The notes under the pieces are model-generated. The model did not search any database. It was not told the DNA's origin and saw only the letters and a program-made list of their open reading frames with translations. The position numbers and the translations under genes were made by a program. 64,000 nucleotides of DNA, taken from IMG/VR virus record IMGVR_UViG_3300036851_000411, positions 1 to 64,000 of that record; one strand, given 5' to 3'. The DNA is from a virus. Position 1 is the first letter of the stretch. Each line of letters opens with the position of its first letter. This document shows positions 54,712-63,650 of the stretch, piece after piece.

Positions 54712-55425
54712 ATGGCCGCCCCGATTCCCGTGTTCTGGCTGGAGCTGAGCGACCAGCAGCGCGTGTGGCTGCGCCGCCATCGCACCGGGCCCTGTGGCGA
54801 TCGCGGTGAGCATTCCTACCACAACGCGATGGCGCTCAAGTATGACGTGATCGGTGCCCACATCACGCTACGGGGCGATGTGAATGGTGCCGGCGCTGAG
54901 GCGAAGCCCGGTGGCGGGCTCGATCTCATCAGCGCTGATGATCCGCTCTGGCCAACGCACTGCGAGCACTGCGGCTGTGCGTTCCACCCAACCGACGATC
55001 CTAAACAGATCTTCGCGCATGCGCTCTACAGGGGGGCGCCCGACGGGAACCTCTACACGCTGGTGGACGCGCCGGTCGGCGCGATGTGGAACGCGGACTG
55101 GTTGGCGGATCTCGCATCGGGATGGGGCACCGGGCCGGATGGGTTGTCGCTGCACGTGAAGACCCCCGGTGGCGATTGGTGCCCCGATAACGAGGCGTCG
55201 AACTGCGACCGTACCCAGTACGGCCCGAAAGAGATCGACGGCGTCCTGCACAACAAGGTGTGGCTCGGCCGCACTCACTACTGCTGGGTGCGACACGGCG
55301 ATCCACGTCAGCCGTCGACGCTTCATATCGACAAGAACGGCACCACGTGCGGAGCCGGCGCCGGTTCGATAGCGCAGGAGACCTGGCATGGGTTCCTCCA
55401 TCACGGCCACCTCGTGACGGCCTAA
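54712..55425 (+). CDS. Cys/His-rich protein with a DUF6527-like C-terminus
   Basis: APVGAMW, L.V.TPGG.W..D, ends GSI....WHGFLHHG.L. Confidence 0.6.
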   Translation: MAAPIPVFWLELSDQQRVWLRRHRTGPCGDRGEHSYHNAMALKYDVIGAHITLRGDVNGAGAEAKPGGGLDLISADDPLWPTHCEHCGCAFHPTDDPKQIFAHALYRGAPDGNLYTLVDAPVGAMWNADWLADLASGWGTGPDGLSLHVKTPGGDWCPDNEASNCDRTQYGPKEIDGVLHNKVWLGRTHYCWVRHGDPRQPSTLHIDKNGTTCGAGAGSIAQETWHGFLHHGHLVTA

Positions 55426-55427
55426 CG

Positions 55428-55805
55428 ATGAGCGTGCGCGCGAAGATCGTTCGTGACGGTGAAGGCCGGTTGTACGGCATCCGCGTCAATTGCCCCGGCT
55501 GCGAGTCCGGCGCGCATGTGCTTCCGGTGTCGTGGCTGCCAGAGAGCGAGTCGATCGAGTCGCCGCACAGCGCCGGGAAGCCGCACTGGACTTTCAACGG
55601 CGACTTCGAGCGCCCGACGTTCGGCCCGTCCGTGCTATCACGAGGTACGTACGGCGAAGCCAACGAGGCGCGAGTTTGCCACTCCTTCGTGCGCGACGGA
55701 CGCATCGAGTTCCTGAGCGATTGCACGCACGCGCTCGCAGGCCAGACCGTGGATCTCCCCGAGATCGCTGACACGGACAGTGAGGCCGATTGCCACGATG
55801 CCTAA
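55428..55805 (+). CDS. DUF6527-like protein
   Basis: CPGC...H, WTFNGD.ERPTF.PSVL, CHSFVRDGRIEFLSDCTHALAGQTVDLP. Confidence 0.75.
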   Translation: MSVRAKIVRDGEGRLYGIRVNCPGCESGAHVLPVSWLPESESIESPHSAGKPHWTFNGDFERPTFGPSVLSRGTYGEANEARVCHSFVRDGRIEFLSDCTHALAGQTVDLPEIADTDSEADCHDA

Positions 55806-55926
55806 CGCACCTTCGACATCACCGTCGAGGCGATTGACCGCCCGCACCGCCCGCTTGACGACGTTGACCTGTGACGCCGCTCGTCACGCCAGTCGAGCGC
55901 ATCCCACTGCCTAACGGACCCGACCA

Positions 55927-56445
55927 ATGCCAATGACGAACGCTCTCCTGACCAACGCACTCCGCTCCGCCTCGCTCGCGATTGCCATCACCCTCGCACT
56001 CGCCATCGCCGCCTGCACGTCTCCGACGGCGCCACACGCCACGGCGCTACCGCACTCGCCGGCGTTCGGGATCTACGACGCCACCCGTCCGGCTCCGGTG
56101 ATCATCAGTGCTGTGCGTGTGGACGCGTCCACGGTTCAGCTCACGTTCGTCGATAACGCCGAAGACGAGACGTTCGCGTCGGCCTACTTCACCAGCGCTG
56201 GGGATACTGGGCCGACCTCCACATCAAATCCGATCTTCACTCCGATGGGGACGGGTGAGCGCGTCGTGGATGTGTATGCGCCGGCGGATAAGGTCTACGT
56301 GCGCTTGGATTTCGCGTGGGGGCCATTCCCGACGACTGATACGAGCCTGCGCATCTGGGGGCCGTTCTCGGAGAGGGCGGAGGTCACGGCAGCAATCATC
56401 ACCACCGCGACCGCGTGCAAGGCACACGGGAAGTGCAAGCCGTGA
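55927..56445 (+). CDS. Putative lipoprotein
   Basis: Signal peptide with lipobox IAAC. Confidence 0.65.
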   Translation: MPMTNALLTNALRSASLAIAITLALAIAACTSPTAPHATALPHSPAFGIYDATRPAPVIISAVRVDASTVQLTFVDNAEDETFASAYFTSAGDTGPTSTSNPIFTPMGTGERVVDVYAPADKVYVRLDFAWGPFPTTDTSLRIWGPFSERAEVTAAIITTATACKAHGKCKP

Positions 56446-58622
56446 GCTGCCGAACGCTGACGCTCCGCCTGATGCTGGTCGCCGCCGCCTCATGCGGCGG
56501 CGGGCTGATTCCGGTCGCGGCGCAGGGCACGAGGGCGGACACGACGCTCGCGAACAACGCCCGTTCGCGCGTCACGGATTCGCTCCGCCTCGAGGCCGCC
56601 CGGAAGCAGGGCATCCGCAAGACCGTGATCACGCGGCTTGCGACGCGTGCGGACTCGCTGCTCCGCGATCACCTCAGGCCGATCGCTCCACCGCCACCTC
56701 CACCGCCTGTTACGCCGGCCGCGCCGGTTGCGTCGTTCGAGGTCGTGTGTGCGCAGCTCCAGTGTGCGTTCAACGCTGGCGCCAGTACCGGCGCGCGCCT
56801 GAGTCTCGCGTGGGACTGCGGTGCCTTTCCGAACTGCACCAGCACCGCCTCGAGCTTCTCCTTCTCGTACCCGCACGAGGGTCCTCGCGTCGCTGCGCTG
56901 ACTGTCCGTGACTCGTTAGGCCGGACGGCGAGCAAGAGCCAGACGTTCACCGTGCCTGGCATCCCGGTGCCAGTCGATACTGGCCCGCCGCTGCCTCCGC
57001 CTCCCCCGCCACCACCACCGCCAGTCGATACGATCGTTGCGAACGTAACGGCGACGCCGCCGGCTGCTCCCGCGCCCGTGACTCCGTTCAATCTCACCAG
57101 CACGCGCATCGTTCGCGTCGCGCCGCCTATGGACCTGCAGGCGGCGCTCAATGGTGCCACGCCGGGCACGGAGTTTCGTCTCGCGGCTGGCGCGACCTTC
57201 ACGGGTGTGTTCACGCTTCCCGTTGTGTGCGGCGTTGGCGCGGTCACGCTCCGCACGGACATCAATGTGGATTCGCTGGTGCCACCGGACGCGCGGATGA
57301 CGCCGACGAAGGCCGTGCCGCTCGCGAAGCTCGTCAACACCACCTACCAAGCGACGCTCAACATCGACGGCCCGAGCTGCAACATCCATCTCCTCGGGCT
57401 CGAGATCGCGTACACACCGCCGCCGAATTATCCATCGATCAACTACGGGCTGTTGCTCCTGGGCAACGGCGGCTGGAAGGACGGCGGCGAGACACAGCTC
57501 ACGGTCGACCGTGTGCCACGCAACATCCGCATCGACCGCAGCTATATCCATGGCTCGTCGATCAGCGAGCTGCGCCGCTGTGTAGCGCTGAACAGCGCGA
57601 ACACGGCGATTGTGAACAGCTGGATCGACGAGTGTCACACGAGCGGCTTCGACGCGCAGGCGATCGCCGGGTGGAACGGGCCCGGGCCGTTCTTGATCGC
57701 GAACAACTACCTCGCTGGCAGCGGCGAGAACGTCATGTTCGGCGGCGCGGACCCCGCGATCCCGGCGCTCATTCCCGCCGACATCACGATCGACGGCAAT
57801 CACATCACGAAGCCCAGCAGCTGGCTGGGTAAATGGGCGCTGAAGAACCTCTTCGAGTTGAAGGACGCCCGCCGGGTGCTGTTCACCCGCAACGTGGTGC
57901 GCTACTCGCCGCCGTCAGGGCAGGAAGGCATGGCGATCGTGATCAAGTCGAGCATCGGCGGCGACCCGAGCAAGACATGGCAGGGCACGACCGATCTGGA
58001 TATGAGCTGGAACATCGTCGACGAAGACGCCGTGGGTCTCAATCTGCAGGCGGTCGACTGCTCGGGTCAGGCGTGCACCGACGTGCATCTGGCCCGCGTC
58101 CGAGCCACGAACAACCTCTTCACCGGCGTAGGGACGTTTCCCAACCGCAATTCGCTAATGCTGTTCGGCGGCGATCTGCGTGACGTGCTCATCGCCAACA
58201 ACACGATGGTGCACGCGGCCACTGCGACCTACGGGCTGCCGATGACGTTGGCCTACGGCGGCGGGCTCGCGCGGAACATGGTGTGGCGCGACAACGTGCT
58301 CACCGCGCCGTCGGCGTATCTCGCGCACTTCAGCGACTCGGGCGTGGAGAGTCAGGTGAACCGCCGGGCGCTCGCGGCGTTCGTCAACGACGGCAGCTGG
58401 AGCTTTCAGCGCAACGTCGTTGGCGGCATCGACCCGCAGTACCTGGGCAACCTTCCGAGCACGAGCTGGTATCCGTCGACCGTCGCAGCTATCGGCTTGG
58501 CGGCCGACTACTCGCTGCTCGCGACCTCGCCATTCAAGGGCAAGGGCTTGAACGGCACGGATCCGGGGGCGGACATCGCCGAGCTCACGCGCCGGACCGC
58601 GGGCGTCGTGGTCGCGCCCTAA
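56442..58622 (+). CDS. Secreted PKD + right-handed beta-helix protein
   Basis: Signal peptide, APVASF...LTVRDS.G PKD domain, poly-Pro linkers, Asn-ladder beta-helix repeats. Confidence 0.8.
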   Translation: MSCRTLTLRLMLVAAASCGGGLIPVAAQGTRADTTLANNARSRVTDSLRLEAARKQGIRKTVITRLATRADSLLRDHLRPIAPPPPPPPVTPAAPVASFEVVCAQLQCAFNAGASTGARLSLAWDCGAFPNCTSTASSFSFSYPHEGPRVAALTVRDSLGRTASKSQTFTVPGIPVPVDTGPPLPPPPPPPPPPVDTIVANVTATPPAAPAPVTPFNLTSTRIVRVAPPMDLQAALNGATPGTEFRLAAGATFTGVFTLPVVCGVGAVTLRTDINVDSLVPPDARMTPTKAVPLAKLVNTTYQATLNIDGPSCNIHLLGLEIAYTPPPNYPSINYGLLLLGNGGWKDGGETQLTVDRVPRNIRIDRSYIHGSSISELRRCVALNSANTAIVNSWIDECHTSGFDAQAIAGWNGPGPFLIANNYLAGSGENVMFGGADPAIPALIPADITIDGNHITKPSSWLGKWALKNLFELKDARRVLFTRNVVRYSPPSGQEGMAIVIKSSIGGDPSKTWQGTTDLDMSWNIVDEDAVGLNLQAVDCSGQACTDVHLARVRATNNLFTGVGTFPNRNSLMLFGGDLRDVLIANNTMVHAATATYGLPMTLAYGGGLARNMVWRDNVLTAPSAYLAHFSDSGVESQVNRRALAAFVNDGSWSFQRNVVGGIDPQYLGNLPSTSWYPSTVAAIGLAADYSLLATSPFKGKGLNGTDPGADIAELTRRTAGVVVAP

Positions 58623-59300
58623 CAGGACGTTAACGCTCGGATATAATGTGCGCTTGTTGGATGGCGGCTGCAATGAAACGATGACGCTCGGGCGCTGCGC
58701 TGCGCCCATCCATGTCCGGCATGAGCCTCTTCGAATGGTGGGACCTGCCGGGCTTTACGTCGATTGGGCTCGCGTTCCTACGCCCGGCGGGTCATCCCCG
58801 CAAGTCCCGTCGACGCCGGTCGATCGCCCGCCGGAGGTCGCCTAACGACGCGCGCTCCCAAGCCGCGAAGGTGCGCTCTTCGAAAGACGCCAGCTCGTCG
58901 GGCCCCATCGAGGCCACGCGCTCGCACCAGAGCCTCACCGTCTCCGACGGGGCAGGGCCCACACCGCCCGAATCGGCGCTCGGTGTGTCGTCAGTCACGG
59001 GACGCGAACCGGAAGCGAAGTGACGCACCGAGTGACCAGCCGGGTCTGTAACACGCCGGGGTCATCATCAGCGAGAGGCTAAGAGAACCGCCCAAGGCGG
59101 TCACAGGGGTTGGATTCGGCCATTTTGGCCCGTGCGTCAGTCAATGCGTCCACTGCATGCAAATAGACTCTCGCCACATAGCGCCAAGCAGTCCGATATT
59201 GCGGGGCCCGCCGCATCGCGTTACCGTAGCCCGCCCAACCGAACTGACCAGAAACTAACCGCAGTGCCCGCCACCCTGTTCCCGCCCTGGTCACCGCTCA

Positions 59301-59702
59301 GTGATTTCTCTCTGCGAGAGCTCCACCTCCGCTGCCCCAGCGCTCGACGCCGCGGCCGATCCCGCCGTTGCGGATCACACCGATTCGCTCCCGACCGACC
59401 CGTCCGTGCGCGTTCCCGCCGGCCCGCTGCTCCCCGCTGGTGCGGAGATCGCGATCCTCATGACCGGCGCGAAGATGAACGGGACCACCGCGCTGTCGAT
59501 CGGCGACCCGGCTCACGAGCACGAGTATGCGTACATCCGGCTCGACAACCGGGTCTACGATGCCGAGACCTATTGCATTCTGCAGACGCTGGCCTCTCAC
59601 ATTGCGGATCTCGGCCTCGTGAGTGCGCTCGCGAGCGTTGCGAAGCCGAGCCTCGCGCTCGTTGACGACCCATCACCATCGGCACCAGTAGCAACGGGAT
59701 AA
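59301..59702 (+). CDS. Hypothetical protein
   Basis: Only plausible ORF converging on the hairpin; start uncertain. Confidence 0.4.
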   Translation: MISLCESSTSAAPALDAAADPAVADHTDSLPTDPSVRVPAGPLLPAGAEIAILMTGAKMNGTTALSIGDPAHEHEYAYIRLDNRVYDAETYCILQTLASHIADLGLVSALASVAKPSLALVDDPSPSAPVATG

Positions 59703-59733
59703 AACGAGAGCGGGCCCCGACCCCGGGGCCCGC
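59701..59733 (-). terminator. Terminator for the repressor transcript
   Basis: GCGGGCCCCG-N4-CGGGGCCCGC followed by TCTCGTTTT on the minus strand. Confidence 0.65.
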
Positions 59734-59792
59734 ATCCACCGTCGCATCCACACGACTGCCCATCGCTTCGCTCGTGCAGCTGGTGACGCTGA

Positions 59793-60386
59793 CTACCGTT
59801 TCCTGCCCGACCTGCGACTGCCGGCGGCTTTCTTCGCCGGTTGTTCACGCCCCGCGGTGGGCGGTGCCGGTGCCGGTCGGTAGCTGACCCTCGGCAACCC
59901 CTCGGCGACTGCTGGGGCCTCCACCCGATACGCGCGCAGCACCTCGAGCTCGGCGGCCTCGCCACCGACCACGTACGCGAGCGTCCGCCCAGACAGCGCG
60001 GCGACGGCGACGTTCTCGTCGTTGTAGAGGTCCAGCACGCCGAGCTCCGCCCGCGAGATGCGGGACTGGTCGACGACCAGTCCGGTCATCGACGCGATCA
60101 GGTCCGCGAAATCCCCCTGCGACATCGCCACCGGCGGCTGCATGCGGGCGCCGGCCTCGAGCCGGCACCGCTTGAGCCGCCGTCCTCGTTCGACCTTCGC
60201 CTGCTTCCCGACTTCGGTCGGCGGGAGTACCGCCCCCGCGGCCGACCGGCCCCCTGTGCCTCCGGCCACAACCTTCCTCCAGAATGAGGTCGATCCGAAC
60301 CCGGCTGGCGACCCGGTTGCCAGCCCTGGTGTCCTGGTCGGTCTCGTGCTCCTACCTGTGCGCGTGCTTGTGCTCGGTACAGTCAT
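59793..60386 (-). CDS. XRE-family HTH repressor (CI-like, no peptidase domain)
   Basis: GRRLKRCRL...MSQGDFADLI....VDQSRISRAELG; divergent from the early operon. Confidence 0.75.
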   Translation of the reverse strand: MTVPSTSTRTGRSTRPTRTPGLATGSPAGFGSTSFWRKVVAGGTGGRSAAGAVLPPTEVGKQAKVERGRRLKRCRLEAGARMQPPVAMSQGDFADLIASMTGLVVDQSRISRAELGVLDLYNDENVAVAALSGRTLAYVVGGEAAELEVLRAYRVEAPAVAEGLPRVSYRPAPAPPTAGREQPAKKAAGSRRSGRKR

Positions 60387-60463
60387 CGGTCTCGATCCCC
60401 CCGCCGGAGAAGCCGTCCCCGCCGCACTGCGAACGTCGTTGCGTACAACTATGCGATCGGGGC

Positions 60464-60491
60464 TTGACGGGATGTGATTAGTGCATAAGTT
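60464..60491 (+). promoter_or_regulatory. Class I promoter/operator (early rightward promoter)
   Basis: TTGACG-G-GATGTGATTAGTGCA-TAAGTT; extra half-site TATGCGAT at 60450. Confidence 0.7.
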
Positions 60492-60497
60492 ATGCTC

Positions 60498-60899
60498 ATG
60501 CACGAGCGACATAATACACCCGACAGGGCGCGGCGCGCAATCGAGCGTCGCATCCGCGCCACAGATATCCGGGTGCTCCGTCTCGGGGGCGACTCCGAGG
60601 ATCGGCGTCGCAAGTTCACGCGGTTCATCGCGAGCCGCACCGGCTACTCCGAGGGCTACGTCAGTAACCATCTGTGGGGTCATCGAGGGAAGGGTGGGCG
60701 TCCACGGTTCGCGCTGTATCTCGAGATCTACCTCGCCGGGTTCTTTGGCGATCGGATGGATCTCAAAGCATTGCCGCCTGCAGCGAAAGACGTGGTGGTG
60801 TACGCGGAACCGGTCGAGGATGCCGGCGATGTCGAGACGTTGATCGATGTGCGCGACGCGGCGCACGCGGCCACGCAAAAACCCAGCCAGGGTGCGTGA
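60498..60899 (+). CDS. Cro-like HTH protein
   Basis: FIASRTGYSEGYVSNHLWG HTH; first gene divergent from the repressor. Confidence 0.6.
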   Translation: MHERHNTPDRARRAIERRIRATDIRVLRLGGDSEDRRRKFTRFIASRTGYSEGYVSNHLWGHRGKGGRPRFALYLEIYLAGFFGDRMDLKALPPAAKDVVVYAEPVEDAGDVETLIDVRDAAHAATQKPSQGA

Positions 60900-60999
60900 A
60901 CACCACTGGCTGGGGGCAAGGAGGCGACTGCAGGCGATACGGGCTGCCTGAGTCGACCGCACGATAGACGAAGCCTGGGGCGCAAGGCAAGAGGCAGAC

Positions 61000-61650
61000 A
61001 TGGAACACCCCGAGACAGTTTCACCGCCGGTGATGCTGTACGCCGGCTCCGACGGAGCGCCGGGCGACAGTGCGAACAAGGGCACATCACCGACGCCCAA
61101 TCTTGTATTCCCAACCAAACCCGAACGGCCAGCGCCGGGCACGGTCTTGCCGTGCGAGAGCTGCAACGGCGGCACGTGGCGCGACCCGTTAGGCGCTGAC
61201 GACGCCCTCTGCGCGCGATGCCAGGGCTCCGGCAGTGTCACCGTTCGGAGCCAGGCGGACCTGACCGCGCTGATGCACGCGTGGGAGGCCGAGGGCGCTG
61301 TGTGGGCGCTCCAGGAGGTCGAGGGCTTCGGTTACCACTACGACGAGCTCAAGGCATACGCCGTGGCTCGCGGGCGGACACTAGCGAAGGCGGCCGAGAG
61401 TCGCGCACGCCAGAAAAAACAGCAGGAACATCAGCGCCTCCAGCAGCTTGCCGAGTCGCTCGATCTCATTCCCGATTCGGAGGCTGACCACGAAGAGCGC
61501 ATGCGCGTGCGCACGGTGTTTCGGGCGCTGGTGATCGACCGGTTCGACCGATTGATCGGTGCCATCGATCGACTCGGCTCGACCATCGCGCACACGAGTG
61601 CCGAGCAGATCGACCAGATGGTGCACGAGAGCCGGAGGAGCGAGCGATGA
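61000..61650 (+). CDS. Hypothetical protein with DnaJ-type CxxCxGxG motifs
   Basis: CESCNGG...CARCQGSG. Confidence 0.6.
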   Translation: MEHPETVSPPVMLYAGSDGAPGDSANKGTSPTPNLVFPTKPERPAPGTVLPCESCNGGTWRDPLGADDALCARCQGSGSVTVRSQADLTALMHAWEAEGAVWALQEVEGFGYHYDELKAYAVARGRTLAKAAESRARQKKQQEHQRLQQLAESLDLIPDSEADHEERMRVRTVFRALVIDRFDRLIGAIDRLGSTIAHTSAEQIDQMVHESRRSER

Positions 61651-62597
61651 CCGCCGCCGCGCTCGTCCGCCCCTCTCCGCGCAACGTGGCCGCCATCCTC
61701 GATGCACTCGCCGCGCCGTTCGCGGCCGAGCATGTCGGATGGATGCTGCGCGATGGGAAGCTCGACAACAACGTGCCGAAATCGGTGGCGGTGCCGTTCA
61801 TCGACATCTGCGCCGTGATGGACCGGCTCGACCAGGTGCTCGGACCGGAGAACTGGAAGGACGACTACCGTCCGGTGCCGAATTCCACGACGGGCTTGCT
61901 CTGCGAGCTCTCGATCCGGATCTGGCGTGAGGACGAGGGCTACACGTGGCTCACGAAGGTCGATGGTGCCGACCCGACGGCGATCGAGCGCACGAAAGGG
62001 GGGATTTCGAGCGCGATGAAGCGCGCCGCGGTGCGGTTCGGCATCGGTCGCTATCTGCACCGGCTGCCCAAGATGTACGCGTCGTTCGTGCTCGACCGGA
62101 GGCGACAGGGCCCGGGGAGGTACTTCGGCTATGTCAAGGCGTCGAAGGACGACAAGCGCGGTGTTGGCTTTGCGTGGAACCCGCCGACGTTGCCGTCGTG
62201 GGCACTGCCTAACGGCAGCGGATGGCCGGGGCCGACGCGCACGAGCGAAGGAGACAAAAAGGGAGACACAAAGACTGACCGGACCCGAGGCGGCCAGAGC
62301 AACGCTGCCGCCGCCTCACATACCGCTGGGGCGGCAGGAGTCCCTGCCGGCGGGGTGTCTGAGTCAGGGTCGTCGTCCGAAGGCGCCCCCATCGACCCAT
62401 GCCGCATCGAGCTTCCAAAGCTGATCGGCTTCACCGACCTGCGCGGCGTGCCGTTAGGCAAGATCCCGGTCGCCGATCTCCGACGTATCCACCGGCACGT
62501 CGAGAAGCGGAAGCCGCACTTGGCGGAGAAGGTTGCGCACGTGATCGCTGCGTGCGAACAGGCCCCCGGAGGGCGCATCGATGACCTGCCGTTCTGA
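61647..62597 (+). CDS. Rad52/Rad22 (Sak) single-strand annealing protein
   Basis: LAAPF, FID..AVMDRLD.VLGPENW, KGG.S.AMKRAAVRFGIGRYL..LP. Confidence 0.9.
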   Translation: MTAAALVRPSPRNVAAILDALAAPFAAEHVGWMLRDGKLDNNVPKSVAVPFIDICAVMDRLDQVLGPENWKDDYRPVPNSTTGLLCELSIRIWREDEGYTWLTKVDGADPTAIERTKGGISSAMKRAAVRFGIGRYLHRLPKMYASFVLDRRRQGPGRYFGYVKASKDDKRGVGFAWNPPTLPSWALPNGSGWPGPTRTSEGDKKGDTKTDRTRGGQSNAAAASHTAGAAGVPAGGVSESGSSSEGAPIDPCRIELPKLIGFTDLRGVPLGKIPVADLRRIHRHVEKRKPHLAEKVAHVIAACEQAPGGRIDDLPF

Positions 62598-62608
62598 GGG
62601 CGTCGGCC

Positions 62609-62965
62609 ATGGCGATCACCGAGAAGAGTGCTCGGTGCCGCAAGTGCGGATGGTTCCTCCCGGAACCGCCCGCCGAGCAGGCCTGCGGCATGTGTGGCAG
62701 TGGAGCGGGCGACCCGATCGAGCTGACGGCGCTCGACCGCATCTACCTCCTGGTGCGGGCGGCGCAGCGGTTGCGGGCGAAGCTGGAATCCGAGGCCGGG
62801 CTCGACGATCGGACGTACTGGGACCGGAAGCTGTTCAACCACTACATCGACCAGGACCAGCAGCCGTCCCCGGAAGGGTTCACGGTGCAGACGCCGATCG
62901 CCGACATGGCCAGGAAGATCAAGGAGGAGTCGGGGGTCTGGCGTCAGGCGGGGTGCCCGGTATGA
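62609..62965 (+). CDS. Zinc-ribbon protein
   Basis: CRKCG...CGMCGS. Confidence 0.55.
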   Translation: MAITEKSARCRKCGWFLPEPPAEQACGMCGSGAGDPIELTALDRIYLLVRAAQRLRAKLESEAGLDDRTYWDRKLFNHYIDQDQQPSPEGFTVQTPIADMARKIKEESGVWRQAGCPV

Positions 62966-63261
62966 CGCGCCCGAAACCACGATGCGAATGGTGCGGTGCC
63001 GTGATTCCCGCCCGGCGATTGGAGCGGGTGAGTTCCATGCGTGGCGCGTGGAGCTTCTGCTCGGATCACTGCGAGCGCGATGAGCGCGTCGCGAACGCTG
63101 GCGGCGGGGATGGCGAAGTGGCTGACGTTAGGCAACCGCGCTGCTCCGCGGAGTCCTGCGCTTGTGGCGCGTATCGCCCGCGGGACGACGGCGAGGAGGC
63201 ATGCCACTGCGGGTGCCGGTGGTGCGACAACTCTCTCTTTCAGCCAGAGCGGATCGACTGA
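62962..63261 (+). CDS. Cys-rich protein
   Basis: CEWCG..IP..RL...FCSDHC. Confidence 0.55.
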   Translation: MTRPKPRCEWCGAVIPARRLERVSSMRGAWSFCSDHCERDERVANAGGGDGEVADVRQPRCSAESCACGAYRPRDDGEEACHCGCRWCDNSLFQPERID

Positions 63262-63650
63262 TGCAGATCCTCGCGGACAAGGTGGAGACGTTCATCGGCA
63301 CGCTCGAGTCGCGCGCTACCCAGCGAGAGAAGGAGGGCGCGAACACTGCGCTCGCCTACCGCAGCATCGCGGCGGAGCTGCGGACGAAGCTCGACGAGTG
63401 GATGCACACGGCCCTCAAGATCAGCGAGGCCGTCGAGGTGAGCGGGTACAGCAAGGCGCAGCTCAACAACCTGCGCCGGCAGGGGCTCACGACGTTCTGT
63501 TTGTGCGACCTCCCGATCAAGCCGCGCCCGCGGAAGCCGGCGCTCGTTACCCGGGCGCGTGTGTCGAAGGGGAAGGGAAGCGGAAAGGGTGCACCGCGCC
63601 GGAAAGGCCCCGAGCTCGCCGCGTCGATGCTCCGACGGAGGCACGGATGA
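63261..63650 (+). CDS. Excisionase-like HTH protein
   Basis: LKISEAVEVSGYSKAQLNNLRRQG followed by a basic tail. Confidence 0.55.
   Translation: MQILADKVETFIGTLESRATQREKEGANTALAYRSIAAELRTKLDEWMHTALKISEAVEVSGYSKAQLNNLRRQGLTTFCLCDLPIKPRPRKPALVTRARVSKGKGSGKGAPRRKGPELAASMLRRRHG

Noticed and set aside
47912-58622. Diversity-generating retroelement or tail-fibre shufflon
   Set aside because: No reverse transcriptase, recombinase or TR/VR repeat pair was seen.
59030-59300. Possible ncRNA in the intergenic region with short hairpins
   Set aside because: Only 5-6 bp stems and no recognisable family; cannot be supported without covariation data.
60387-61241. 482-aa minus-strand ORF as one long repressor
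   Set aside because: The upstream part overlaps the divergent promoter and two credible + strand genes; the HTH protein more plausibly starts at or after 60386.
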